64,000 nt of DNA from Sarea resinae (Eukaryota). Location of the stretch: positions 496,001 to 560,000 of the forward strand of contig JAPEUD010000004.1 in NCBI GenBank assembly GCA_026026165.1, given 5' to 3'. Shown here piece by piece: positions 51,373 to 64,000 of this stretch (positions within the stretch are counted from its first letter, which is position 1; every line of letters begins with the position of its first letter). A program made the translations under genes and the position numbers. The notes beneath the pieces were generated by a model. That model was not told the origin of the DNA and ran no database searches. It saw only the letters and a list, made by a program, of their open reading frames with translations.

Positions 51373-54300
51373 TCATGCCTCGCCGATCAGAGCGAGCATT
51401 TCTTTTCGCGCCCCGGCGTCCTGGATCGACCTCTTGCGTTCCTTGAAGATCGTCTCGACCGCCTCGGCCACCTTCAGGATCGTCGACGCCGCGCCGGACA
51501 TCTGCACGAACCTAAGGATGGAATACGTCGCGCTGTTTGCCGTCTCTGCCACCGCGAACACTTCGACCGAGAAGCTGCCGGGCCTGAGACTCAAACCTAG
51601 AAACAACGTCAGTGTGTTCCGAACATATTTGAGGGCGTCACCTACGGTTCTGTTTATCAACCCTGGCGGTAATCATGCCCGTCTCTTTGCTGATGACAAT
51701 GTCCTTGATGCCATACTGACGCCAGCCCTTGAGGATCCTGATGATATCTTTCCTGGCGTGTCTCTTGGGAAGAGCCAGACAGATGCACTTGGACACCGGC
51801 TTGATCCCGAAGATCTTCGCCAGCAGACTGCGGCCCTGGTCTTGGACGGGGGGAGCGACATCTTCCGACGCAGGCCGACTGTCCACGCTGGTTGTGATCG
51901 ATACGGCTTGTGATTCTGAGCAATCATATTAGTTTCCAAAACGTCAAACAAGATACAAGAGAAGACTTACCCGCACCGTACTCTGGACCGGCTATAGTCA
52001 CTTCACTCTCGCTGCCCTTGCCGTGAAAGATGCCCTTTGCCTTTTTGAACCAGCCGAATTTCGGTTTCTTGGTCTTCTTCTCCGGCTCGGCTGAATCGAC
52101 AGTAATCGGACGATCCATCTTCTTCCCGAGACCGTGCTCGAAAGTAGTAGCCTTATCACTGTCCTTGGTTCCGTGATGGCTGGGAAACAGGCCCGTTGGG
52201 CGAGGCAATTCGTCGATCGTCTGGACCTGCTGGAGAGGCGATGGCGCTCTGAGAGTCGGCTCATTCGCTTTTCGGATCACCAGAGGCTTGATTGGAGTGA
52301 GGGGGCTGTCGTTCACGACGCGGATTGTAGGCCTGGCTGCCCGAGACGGGGTGCTCTCAGGTGAAGGTGAAGATATGGCGCGTGCTCCCTTCATCAGCGC
52401 TGCCGGGGCACGGAACTCGGCGCTCTCATTAGCATTTGCAAAACGAGATTCCTCGCTGATGATAGGCAAATACCCAGGATCATATGTACGAGTCTCGGGC
52501 GCAGACAGGACGCGGCTTTCCGGCTGGGGAGAAGAGGTGCTGTAGTCGGGCACATGGCGATTCATGATATCATCTAGATGCGATATTATCTCGTCAAGGT
52601 AGCCTTGATCACGACTCGGGACATTGGTGCTTGCACGCTCCGCGAGGCGTTGATGGCTCGTCTTGATTTCTTGCTCGCTGAACTGTTCAACAGCAATTGA
52701 CGGAATTGGGTCTCGCTCGCTGGAGTTCTGGCCAACAGCATTAGATGTTTCATCCTGTTCTTTCGGTACTGGAGAAAGCGACGTCCGATTGAATGCTTCT
52801 TCGCACGCCTTGCCGAGCTCCGTACTGACCGCCCTTGCATCATCTTTCCAGATGGACGAGGAAAGCGGAGGATGATTTCGGCGAATCGTGCATTTCTTGG
52901 GCGGAGTGCAATTGAGACCCTCTTTTCGGCTTCGAGGATCTAAGATCCAAGAGGCCTCAGTCGTCTCGCTGGGCGTCGGAGGTGGCACGAATTTTGGTGC
53001 TGGCACGGCTTTTGGTGCTGGCACGGCTTTCGGTGCAGGACAGGGAGTCGATGTGCGAGTCGGAACTGACGACAACATCGTTGTGGCCATGGAATTATTC
53101 GACTTTTTTCTCGAATGTATGAAGCTGACAGCTCTTTTGGCTGCAGCGTGCTTAGAAACCACAATGGGTGTAGGTGGATGGGAGGATGTAATAGACTTCT
53201 GCGACTGTGTCGAACCAACTCTAGCTGAGCGAACGCTCTTGGTCGTACTAACAGTGCTCAAAGACCTTGTGGCCTTTTTATTGCCACTATGGGCATTATT
53301 AGAAGAATGTCTGTGAACGGTCACTTTCGCCATTTTGTTGTGGTGAGAGGATTGGATGGATGGAGAGTTTCGGTACGGATCATAGTCGGATCCATGTCCG
53401 TTATCATAGGCATTCTCAATAATGCCAGTCCGACTTTCCGATTGAAGTGAGTCAGGTGTATGATTCATGTCTTCTTCAGCCTTGATAGCGGCTGCTTCTC
53501 GTTCAGCTTGCTCACGTTGCGCGGCTAATCTCGCCAGCCTCCGCTGCCTGGTCTCTGCGTCGAGTCTTCGGATTTCTTTAGCCGGAAGATGATTTCTCGG
53601 CGAATCCCCAAAAGCCAAGTGTGACACTTTGGTCCCAATGTGCACATCACTGGTGGAATTTGGTACTCCATCTCCGACATAGGCCTCGAGTTGCTCTCGT
53701 CGATACTTGAGCAACTTCTTATAAAAGAATTTGTGCTCATTCGGTCTATTGGACGTTCGTTAACAATTTGCCAGCAGAATGATAGAAAGCTCAACTTACT
53801 CGTCGTTCAGAAGCTTTTGGATGATCGCTTCACGATCAGACGCGTGCACTACCAATTGCAGGTTTCGTACAATCTCCCGATCTAGGGTTTCCCGACTCTC
53901 CGCTGCTTTCGTGTATGCTATCGGCGTAATGCCAATCCAAGATTCTAATAGTCCATCTACGCCTTGATAGCCTTCGGCTGGCCTGTGGATTTGTAGAAGT
54001 GGATGACGACGAATCGAGGCTAGATCAATCCGGTAAGCGCAATTTGGCTGCAATATTTCACCAACCAGATGAGCGGCTTCGCGACTGAAATGGGCAGGAG
54101 TCACATATGGACCGGTGGCGATCTTCTCCTGGACTTCCGTGACGTTTGAACCATCCCAAGGTAGTCGGCCGGCCACCATCACGAAAAGAACCACACCTGA
54201 TGACCAGATGTCGGCACCCTCTCCACGATAACCCCTCCCCGCCACTACTTCTGGAGCTGCGTAGTGCGGCGAACCGCAAGGCGTGGTCAACAACCCGTTG

Positions 54301-55184
54301 GGTGGCTGATAAGCCGCCATTCCTAGGTCGGCTATCTTCAGGTTCATTTTGTGGTCCAGCAAAATGTTCTCCGGTTTCAAGTCCCTATGGACGATATGAT
54401 TGAGATGGAGATGTGCCAGGCCGGCGACGAGCTGTCGAAAGAGACGGACCCCTTCGCTCTCAGGGAGCCTGCCATTCGAAACGATGTATTCGAACAGCTC
54501 GCCGCCGGAGAGATTCTCCATTACCAGGTACCTGCACGGAGCATTAGCAAGTTGAACGGCTGTAGACGCGTATTCGCAGTTCTCGAACGCCACTTACAAC
54601 TCCCCCCGGTTCTCCCAAACGTCCAGGAGCTCCATCACGTTCGGGTGTACAACGAGCTTCATTAGTACTATCTCTCGTTGTACACCCGCGAGATAGGAAT
54701 CGAACCCCCTGTGAGGGGGGCCCGAGTCGTTCAAGTGCCCCAGGTTCGGTATCGACTGGCCGGGGCTATAGCCGCCATTCTGCTTGGCGATCACCTTGAC
54801 CGCCGCGTACTGGAAGGTCTGTACGTGCCTTGCTAGGCGCACGCGCGCCGTAGCGCCCTTCCCGAGTGTCTTACCCAGGTTCCATGGCCCTATATGGGTC
54901 TTCCGCCGACCCTTGGATTCCTTTGAATCCGTCGACACTACCGAGCTTCTTTTACCCCGATCTTCCTCATGCACAATCTCCGCCACACGAGGTAGTGGCG
55001 AGGCTTGGGGACTCTCTTCAGCTTCATGCTGCTGCTCGGAAGGCCTGGGAGATCCTTTAGCCTTGGAAAGGATGTCAGTCGATACTGGAGTGTAGGTGTT
55101 CAATGTCCGTGCGGTCAGATCCCCAAAGACTTCACGTCGCGATGGAGCTCGACTTGTGACGCGATGAGAAGTTGATCGAGGCAT
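51373..55184 (-). CDS. Nim1-family (Gin4/Hsl1/Kcc4/Cdr2-like) Ser/Thr kinase with C-terminal KA1-like domain; exons 55184-54598, 54531-53800, 53745-51971, 51915-51646, 51596-51373 (~1195 aa)
   Basis: IGPWNLGKTLGKGATARVRLA, AAVK, REIVLMKL, HRDLKPEN, DLG, TPCGSPHYAAPE, DIWSSG; post-kinase PNEHKFFYKKLLKY; all four introns in frame. Confidence 0.9.
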
Positions 55185-55185
55185 T

Positions 55186-55239
55186 CTATGAACAGGTTAG
55201 CAAGGCACAACAGCCAGATGATGAGGTCAAGGACTATAC
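55186..55239 (-). other. Probable 5'-UTR intron of the Gin4-like kinase, ending 1 nt before the AUG
   Basis: GTATAG donor, GCTAAC branch point, TAG acceptor; an in-frame TAA in the upstream exon shows it is non-coding. Confidence 0.7.
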
Positions 55240-57475
55240 TTGTTTTATGAGGATGGCGAACTGTCCTTTAATATTGTGACCAAAAGAGCAGACCCCCTGA
55301 TGCTATTCAGTCGTGTCGCGACAGCACAAGATACTGATCCAACTGTTGTGTTTCCTTGTTCAAGACTCTGCAATCGTTTTACGGGAACGACGCGTTCAAA
55401 AAGCAGCTTATCGGTAGCTTTCAAAAGTAGAGAAGAGGACGACCAGAAAGGAATCAGTTACCACAGTAGACCAAGATACCAAAAAGGGCTTCTCGAAAAA
55501 TCGAAAGCTTTACTTGGTGGACGTCTTGGAATCTGTGATGAGGGTAGAGAGGAAGGGAAGAGAAGAAGAGAAAGTCGACGCGGGCCGAGGAGAAGTATCA
55601 ACAAGGCGGCCTTGGACCGAATCCGTTGCTGTTGATACGGACAGTTCAACGCGGCTTGGATATATCGCGAACGAAGCCACGCGATGTGCGCGTTTTGCGC
55701 CGAGAGAGAGAAGGAGCGGCGGTGAGGTAGGACATCTGGGGACGTGTGCGTGCAGACGGTAGTCGAGTACGGAAGGTCAAGTGAGAGCGTGTCCTGGAAG
55801 GAGAGAGAGAAGGGAAGTGACGACCCCACGAAGGCACGTAAGAGAGAGGTAAATTGCACGGCTGGTGCAAGAATGAAGCTAGGGAGAAGTGGGAAAGTTT
55901 GTTTGGATTAATGGTCGGCCAGGCGAGGAATGTGCGACTGCCATTCACGGCACCATCACGGATATTGAAGGAAACAACGGCTCTCTCCAATACTTCAGTG
56001 CACTTCATGACAAGATACCCTGATGAGCAACAACAGAAGTAAAGTTCCTTCTCTTTCTGACTTCCTTGAGTCTGCAGAGGCCCTTCGATACGCATACTAT
56101 CACCAACGTCTCCCTTCGCATTTTGGCTACCATATCAGGACTACCACATGCCTGCTCTTTTTCATATCGTGGCACTCGACATGAGCCAGCATAGTCTGCC
56201 GAGCCGCGACTCATGGCTGTGTCTTAACGTTGAAGAGATCGTGATGTAAATGCTCTTTCCAATCTGTGATTACGTGGTGAGCAGATGTCATGTTATTAGT
56301 GGATTCAGCTTAGCTGAAAGAGAGTCGCTGAATTTTGCATATCAAAAACATTATCTACTGAACCTAGGAGCAAGCCGCTTTCTAGATCATTGACATAATG
56401 ACGAAGAATCTTAGTTGTAACAGACAGATAGATGTTTCCATCCCTTGCGATTGATTGAATGAGGTGAAGTCGGAGATGCGCAAGGGGGAAGTGAGGTTAT
56501 GCTATCACGTGATACCGATCTCAAAGGATTGCCCACAAAACAACAGATAGACTATCGTAAGATATATCTGTATACATCTAGATGAGCTCTGTCAATCTCT
56601 ATAGGGACAGCTAGAATAAAAGATGCAAGTTCTCTTTATTGCCTCTATGTAGTTTCTCAAGTGTTTCAACTTGTGATCGTTGGCAAATAATTGCTCTATT
56701 AATTGGTATATATTGAATAGCACTTAGTACTTCGCAGATAATTTCAGATTCTGGCTTGTATTACTTTACCCACAATTACACAGCACAGTATACCACGACC
56801 CTGCGGGATAGAAATACTTCTTAATCTCCTAGTCTCATAATGACATACAGGCATAAAGCATACAGGCATGCAGCATGATACCTAAGGAGAAGGTAGATAA
56901 AACAAAGAGGAAAGCATTAGCTACAAAGCAAAAAGTGCAAATCTCAAACGTAAAGCGGATGAAAAGTAGTAGTTCAGACAGCCTTCCCAAATAGTAAGTA
57001 CCGGCGGTACAAATAACCTAGTGAAGACAGCCTCTCCTTTTTTAAACAAACAGAAAAAATATTGATGATCAAACGAGCAAACTTGAGTAACGACGATAGC
57101 CTCCCAGCCAGCCAGCCTCCCAGCCTTTCTGCGTGCCTGTTCCTCCGGTCCACCCGCCGCAGAAGACAAGACGCAAGAAAAATTCATTATAAAAGGGAAA
57201 GCTAAACCGGAATGCAAGAGCACGGCGCGAAGGACAAAAGAGACGAACGCGGTAAAAAAATCAGATAACCACCCAATACCAGTTGAATCTATTCGAGTCA
57301 TACGCTAGCTCATTCAATCGACGCAACAGGGGAGGAGAGATAGTGAAATCGAAATGGATATGTCCGCCCAGTTTTGGAAGATTCCAGTCAAGGATACTCC
57401 ATTAGCAATGTGTTTTGAAATAAAACATGGGGAGACGAAATAACTTCTGAAGCCAGCAGAAGCGTTCGTTCCGCC

Positions 57476-58811
57476 TCACATTGGTCGCCGATTTAAAGCG
57501 TTCAACATGTCGCTGTCGGCGGAGCTTCGGCCACCCTGTCCCTGGTCGATGATATCTCGGATGCTCATGCCGGATCGAGAACCCTGCTGTTGACCTTGCT
57601 GTGAGGGAGAGGTTCGACCGTCATTTCGTGGAGTAGTCGACGCGCCAAAAGGATAGTCGGAGCCCGAGCTTGGAAGGCCAGCACTGAGTGGCGAGGCGGA
57701 GGGCCGCTCATACGTGTAAGCCGGTTGAGGCGAAGTCCGAGTTGGCTGATAATATGGCTGTTGCGGAGCTGGAGCATGAGTCTGGTAGGAGCCGGCAGAT
57801 GCTGGAGAAAGCGTAGTCAAAGGCGTAGGTTCCGGATACTGATAGTCTCCTCGGGAATCACGACGAGCTTGTCGCTCTGCGGGGGGTGGCCCCGCTAGCG
57901 GAGGCAAACTATTAGGCGTATGCGGGTCTTCGGGAGATCCTCGTGCGGTCTGTTCTAGTGGTCTGGGATCATTGCGATATCCTGGAGCATAACCTGCTGG
58001 AGCCAAGTTTGGTGGAACTAGCGAGTGTGGATAGCTTGGAGGCGCGGTCGTTGTGGTATACATGTCTGGCGGCTGGGTCACCGGCCCCAATGGCTGCCCA
58101 TGGGCACCGTACAAGACAGGCTGCTGAGGGTATCCGCGGCCGCGCCCAGGCCCAGTTGGGGACACTCCGTTTGGTGCGGTTCGAAGGTAGGGATACGCGG
58201 TGTGGGCGGGAACGAAGGCCTGTGTTTGGGACGACACGGGGGTGAAGATGCAGTCTTGGTGAAAGCGTTGGCAGTTGGTGCACCGACCATCAGTCGAAGA
58301 TTCAAAGCCCGAGCAACGAATCTTTTGGGTCGCGGTCAGCTAGGTTTATGCATTTCACCGAACAATAAAGAGAGAGCTTTACCTTTCGTTTGCGGCAATA
58401 CCGACATGCAATCGCAGTCCGTTGCCGCGGCGCAGGCTGATTGAAATTCATGTGGGGCGGCTGACCACGATACATGTCCTGTTGCGGCATCCCATACTGA
58501 GGCGGATGGTGAGGAGAAGGAAGCTGATACAGCCCCGGATGAGAAGGAATGGTGACCATGTTGTCTGGTGGAGGGTTGACGGGATGTGCTCGCGGATCTC
58601 GTGGATCTCGTGGATCTCGTGGATCTCGCGGATCTCTTGGATTATCTCTTGGATTTGAAGGTGCCTATCGAGGTCAGTGAATTGCTCCAGACGACAGCCT
58701 TTGACCAAAACTTACTCGGTATTCAGAGCCTGGAGGATAGGCACCGTTGGGCGGTTGTTGGTTTTCCCACTCTGATGGATGCTGTCCTTGTTGACCCGGG
58801 CGTCCGTACAT
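57476..58811 (-). CDS. mcrA: Zn(II)2Cys6 transcription factor, McrA-like; exons 58811-58716, 58664-58383, 58321-57476 (~407 aa)
   Basis: RQRTAIACRYCRKRK|IRCSGFESSTDGRCTNCQRFHQDCIFTPVSSQTQAFVPAH; both introns in frame. The Zn cluster is certain; the McrA orthology is recalled from the motif and needs confirming. Confidence 0.8.
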
Positions 58812-61800
58812 TGGGCGGAGAGGAGAATCAGGGTCGATCGGCGATCCGTTCTTATCAAAACCCGGATGTGCGCGCGATCATAGTCCGGAACGGTGACGGG
58901 CTGAAAGTGGCGGAAACGTGTGAAGCCGGAAGAATGGTAAGGATAAAGGTGACGTGCGTGTATGGAGAAAAGGAAGGTTTGTAGAACACGAGGGGCAGAG
59001 ACACGAGGGAACGGGAAGAGACGAGGGAGGGGGAGGGGGGGGTGGAAGGTGGGGAGGACAAGACCGACGATGGGATGAGAGATGTATGTATGTATGGTAG
59101 ATGATTGTAGGACTGCTTATGTGGTGGATGAGGAATGGTTAGGTAAGGCAGGTAAGGCAGTAAGGCAGGCCGGGCAGGCAAGGTAGATGAGTGAGTGCAG
59201 GAAAGAGCATCGACAGCGAGCACCGTGAAGTAGGAGGAGTACTCGTGGGAGTAGTACCTTGCTCGCTCACTTGCGCACTGGCGCACTGGCGCACTCGCTC
59301 ACCAATTACTGACTCTTCGCAGAGGTCGGCAGGAAGGAATCGCCTGCGATGGCTGCGGCGCGCCGTCTGGATCCTTCTTCCTCCCTAGGCAATCGGACTA
59401 GGGGACGAAGAGGATTAGAAGACAGGAAGGGCAGGATCCGACAGAGCAGAGACGAGAAAATCCACGTTGCACCAACAGGCCACCAGCAGCCCGCAGGTGG
59501 GGTTCGCGGGTATTTAGTATCTGATATTTTAGGTGCCGACCTTTCCAACCTTGCCGGACCTACTACATACTATGAGTATGAGTACAGTGCGAGTACGCTG
59601 AGTCGAGTACGAATCATGGATCCATACTTCCGTACATGCTGCGGACGGAATACAGCGTACTTGCATCTCGTGGAAGTACCTGGTCCTTTTCCCCTTGTCG
59701 CGCTCTCTATCTCCCCCCCCCCCTCCCCTTCCCCTTCTTTGGATCTCTTCTCTGCCCTCCTAGCCTTTGGGTTCTGGGTAAGGGTAAGTGGAGTACTTCG
59801 TAGAGTCCAGTAGTAGAGGAGACTAAGACAAATCATGACCTCCGTACGGGTAACTAAGGCCTAACTACCCGAATGACCATGACCTACCTCCCTAACATGT
59901 ATCACTTCCGTGCGCTTGTCGGCGGGATTCCTGGCCTTGGGTCTTGGGTCTTGGGTCTTGGGTCGAAGCGTCCGAAGCGTCCATTTGTGTCGTCGACCGA
60001 GCTTGGCTTCAGCTGCGATTTGACTTTTCCGCAAGGGCCAACGCAGTCGGGTCCGGTTCAGCTGCCCGCAACGGCAAGAAACGGCCCCCAAAGCGGCCTC
60101 ACCAGTCCCAAAAGGGCCCAGGCATGGGCGTGGATGGGCATGGGCATGGGCACTGCTGGCAGGGACAGACACCGCTGAGGCGCTCAGATTCAGAACCAGC
60201 GTGGCAATGGCCCGACGAGGGAAAAAACAAATGCGCGAGCGCTAGGAGGGCACGAGGTCCGAGAGAGATGCGGCCCTAGTCCCCTCCCGCCTTTAGCGTC
60301 GGCCTTAGCAGGTCTGATGCCTGCCCGCATGCCCTGCACTCCCAATTATCAGAGGAGTTCCGAGTTTGAGCGTGCAGCGGTGCGGCTCGCGGCTTGGGGC
60401 TTCGCCAACGCCAGATTCGCTCAGCCCGCCCGTTAGCCTCGTGCCGGCGCCACGACCTAATGGACGACCCAGCACCGATGACCAAGGGGGTGTCATGGGG
60501 GGTTAGGAGGGGGGGAGGGGTGATCTGACGAACTACAGCAAGAGAAGGGAAGGAGCGTACTCCGTACTACTCGTATGCAGTAGAGTCCATCGCGTCGAGT
60601 CGAATAGCGGTAGACTGGCGGTCGAAGTGGGGAGTCCAACGACTAGGCAGGTACTCGAGAAAGATTTGCATGGACCGTCGACGGAGAGTCCGGCGGTGGG
60701 CCTGTGTGAGCGGCGCAGGCCACGACCGCCCTTTTCGCATGTACGAAGGAAGTACGAATGGACGAATGTACGAAGTACGAATAGCGACTGACGACTTTCC
60801 GCGGTTCCGCACTACAGCGGTACTGCACGCGGGCGAAGTGGTGCCCGAGACAGGCCTCTTTGCTCTTTGCTCTTTGCCCTTTGCCTCTTGCCCTTGCGCG
60901 CTGCCCTTGCGCTTGGGGACGATTGGACATGCACTGCACAGTAAACCCCGGCACCAACCGCCTTCACCCCCGTCCGGCCACGCGATGATCCTCGAGCTTT
61001 CCCGTGCCGCTCCTGCCTACATCCATAGTACAGCAATAGTACGCGTCAGGTATATGGAGTGACAAGGCATGGATGGATGCATCAGTCATCAGTCATGTAG
61101 AGTACCGCAATCCGTCCTCTATCGAATCGAATGAAGTATCTGACCCGACGGCGGGAAACCGTGCGAGAAGCCACAAATAAACTTGCAAGGAAGTCAATCC
61201 CTCTCCGTCGTGTGACCTTGGGTTGGGGCAAGGGGCGCCTAATTGCTTTCCTCTCTTTCTTTGTCTCTCTCTCTCTCTCTCTCTCTCTCCTATACTAGCA
61301 ATGTCTGAGAATCGGTAAGCCTTGGTACCTTACATAGTACCGAAAGAGGAGGATGATGATGATGATGATGGTGACGATTATGATAGCGCCAGTATGGATC
61401 AGTGTTGATGTGAAACAGAGCAAAAGGAAGAAGGCAAAGAAGTTCGCTTTGGAATTCCAATTCCTACTTAGTAGTCAAGGACCTACCTACCTGAGATAAG
61501 CGTTCAGATTGGTGAGGGGTGAGGGCTGATGGCTTGTTGGCCAGTCACTTAGCACGGTAGAGTACTCCGTAGAGCGTTACGGGTGATGGTGATGGACATG
61601 GAGCTTAGTACGAGATTGGTAAGGGAGCTCTGTACTAAGATGGGATCCAATGCTTACCTGAGTAGTAGCATCCAATCCATCATCATCATCGTCATCATCA
61701 TCACCACCATCATATTACCTACCTTACCGATGGCATGGCCTCGTCCTCCTCGGACCGGCTCGTCGGCCTCTGCTCAAATCGGTAGAGTACTCGCACTTAC

Positions 61801-63257
61801 TCCCCTGACCTACCCACTAATGTACCTTACCTTAGGGTCGGGTGCTTGCGCTGGCCGGCTGGGAACAGGTTACTCTCTCCTGGACCTCTTTGGCTGCCTT
61901 CACTTGTCTCTCGTTTCTGCCATGGCTGGCTATCTGTCAACTTCTCTTCGAGCCGTTTCATCTCGTGTTGGATCAAAGAGGATCCCATGTATCGGAACTC
62001 CAGCGGAGGTACCTTGTGATAGTAAGAAGGGCGCAGAAAGTACCTGCACCTATGTCGATACACAGGGCACAGACGCACGCTCACGCTCACGCTCACGCAC
62101 ACGCCCGAGCGGCTGTGCCACCATCACCACGCACGCCTCTCGCCCCGCCACGCCGCCGCCGCCGCCCCAACCACGACGTTCTTACCTCTTTCACACACTC
62201 CCATCCTGAGCCGTCTGCTCGCTCGGCCCTTTTGGTGCTCGAATCAGCCTGACCATGTTCATGCCTTCAGAATCCTTCAAGTCTCACTCCGTCTCACTTC
62301 TCATAGTTTACAACCATCACTACACGTCTAGACACATTAGCATCTATCAACGACAACGAGCCTGTTCCCTACGCCTCAACGTACTAACATCGGCTACCAC
62401 CGCGTGATGAGCTAGCTACGATGCGATACGATGCGACGGCCCCCCTCCCCCTTCTCCAGAATGGCCGAAGCGCGTACAGCGCCGTCTCTCCCATATCTCC
62501 CAAACTAAAAAGCGCTAGGCCGTTGTTTTTGTTTTGCTGTTTTCGTAGCCCGCGGAATTAATCTTAGCTGTTTAACTACTGTCGGTCTGTCTGTCTCTCC
62601 TTTAAACCATCTCAATATGGTACAGAGTACAAGGGATTCCTCGATGCGGAGTACTTCGTACATGCATACATATTGCGGCGTAGATCCTTCCCCCCACCAC
62701 ACGCCCCCTATCGCTCTCCCTCTCCCGACCCGCACCCGCAACCGTTCGATGTTCGAATGACGCACTCTAGATCGACGGAACGGGCCATTCTCCGTAGAGT
62801 TCGTTGGAAAAGGTAGGGACAACTAGATATAGTGGGTGTTTTGATTACCTACCCGTACCCTTACTACTACTCTAGTACCGCGCTTCTCCTATCATCCTTC
62901 ATGAATCGTTCTTAGGAGTGGGCGGCACGCACCTCTATGAATCAATTTATTCTCTATGATGACAGTAATGACAACAACAACGAATCCGCCGGCGGCGGCG
63001 GCGGCGGCCGCACTGTCGTTGTCGACCGAGGAGTCGGATCCAGAGAAGGATCACGCATGACATCAGATCGCAGCGCGCCTTGGGGCCCAGCACTTTGGTT
63101 CAGCCGCCGTGCCATGTAGATGTAGATGTAGATGTACCGTAGATGTAGAAGTAGAAGCTGCGGATTTGATGGCCTCTATCCATACCATCTATCCCATATG
63201 ATGGCATCAAATTGAATTGAGATACATAGGTTGGGGGAAGAAACCTGGTTGAGAGGA

Positions 63258-63336
63258 TCATCATCATCACCACCACCACCACCACCACCACCACCACCAC
63301 CACCACCACCACCACCACCACCACCACCACCACCAA
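63258..63336. repeat. (CAT)n then long (CAC)n microsatellite
   Basis: Directly visible tandem repeat; it creates the spurious poly-Pro and poly-Val ORFs. Confidence 0.95.
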
Positions 63337-64000
63337 CCCACCCTCACCCCACTCCACCCCATCCTTCGATCGTCAGGGAATCTGGAGGTGTCAGAAAGAC
63401 AGTCTGCAACGGATTGCGCGGTTCAGATGTGATATGTCATATCCACATCCCGGATCGCTCGCTTCCATTCCAAACCGTCGTTTCCATTCTGGTCCTTGTT
63501 ATTCTTGTTCTTGTTGTTATGGTTCTTGTTGTTGGCAGGCGGTCAGACAGACCCGGGGTAGTTAGACCGCCCGCGCGGCGATCGTCGTTGGGACGGGAGC
63601 GGGAATGGGAGTCGGGCGTTGGAGTTGGGGGTGGGAGGTGGAGTTGGAAGTTGGCGGTGTGCGACCGGGTGCATTTATTGTTCTGGTGCGGTGCGGTGCG
63701 GTGCAGTGCAGAGCAAACTTGTGCAGACTGAGCGGTGCAGGAAGGATATTCGAGTAAGGCCAACATATCGAGATGAGGATTCAAGCCATGGATATCAACA
63801 ATAGATGGGCTGGCTGATCCGGATAGATGATTGGTTGTTTGGTTGATTGATTAATTGGCCTTCGCAGATCAAGCCGACGCCCAGAATTCCACCTAGTCTA
63901 CGGATAGAGTACGGATCGAGCCTTTGAGCCTGGAAGTAAACATCCACAGATGAGCTGAGTCAGTTGGGCCGGCCGATGTTGGCACTCGTTGCCAAATCCT

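Noticed and set aside
44840..58811. Secondary-metabolite gene cluster (dioxygenase, oxidoreductase, Zn2Cys6 factor)
   Set aside because: No backbone synthase or transporter; a housekeeping kinase intervenes and the factor looks like a global regulator.
63100..63784. Poly-Pro and poly-Val ORFs
   Set aside because: By-products of the (CAC)n microsatellite, with no domain content.
1..64000. tRNA/rRNA/snRNA genes, TPP riboswitch, CRISPR arrays, readthrough-derived peroxisomal signals
   Set aside because: No cloverleaf with A/B boxes, no recognisable RNA consensus, no repeat-spacer array and no TGA-CTA stop context found by eye. An Rfam/tRNAscan run is needed to be sure.

Overview
Eukaryotic DNA from a filamentous ascomycete (Pezizomycotina), judged by short GT-AG introns with CTRAY branch points and fungal gene families. 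I assembled 13 protein-coding genes by hand with frame-checked splice junctions: class-3 lipase, SGF11, RPL24, an unrecognised 8-exon membrane/Cys-rich protein, UBC13, MTC5/SEA3 (WDR59), a Pcl5-like cyclin, glucokinase, a C2H2 transcription factor, an AsaB/GA4-desaturase-like dioxygenase, an AIF/AMID-like oxidoreductase, a Gin4/Hsl1-like kinase and an McrA-like Zn2Cys6 factor. I saw no tRNA, rRNA, CRISPR or intact transposon. Main observations: (1) all four convergent (tail-to-tail) gene pairs, and no other intergenic region, enclose a 1.2-1.7 kb TpA-rich, CpA/TpG-poor microsatellite island with a RIP-like signature that appears to leak into flanking codons. (2) Glucokinase has a 178-codon in-frame upstream extension with no in-frame AUG that encodes a transmembrane-like helix. 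(3) The cyclin and C2H2 genes have AUG-depleted uORF leaders, and the C2H2 gene has a GUG start candidate in optimal context. (4) A TACTCCGTA motif recurs in the long regulatory regions. Gene names come from recalled motifs, not database searches.
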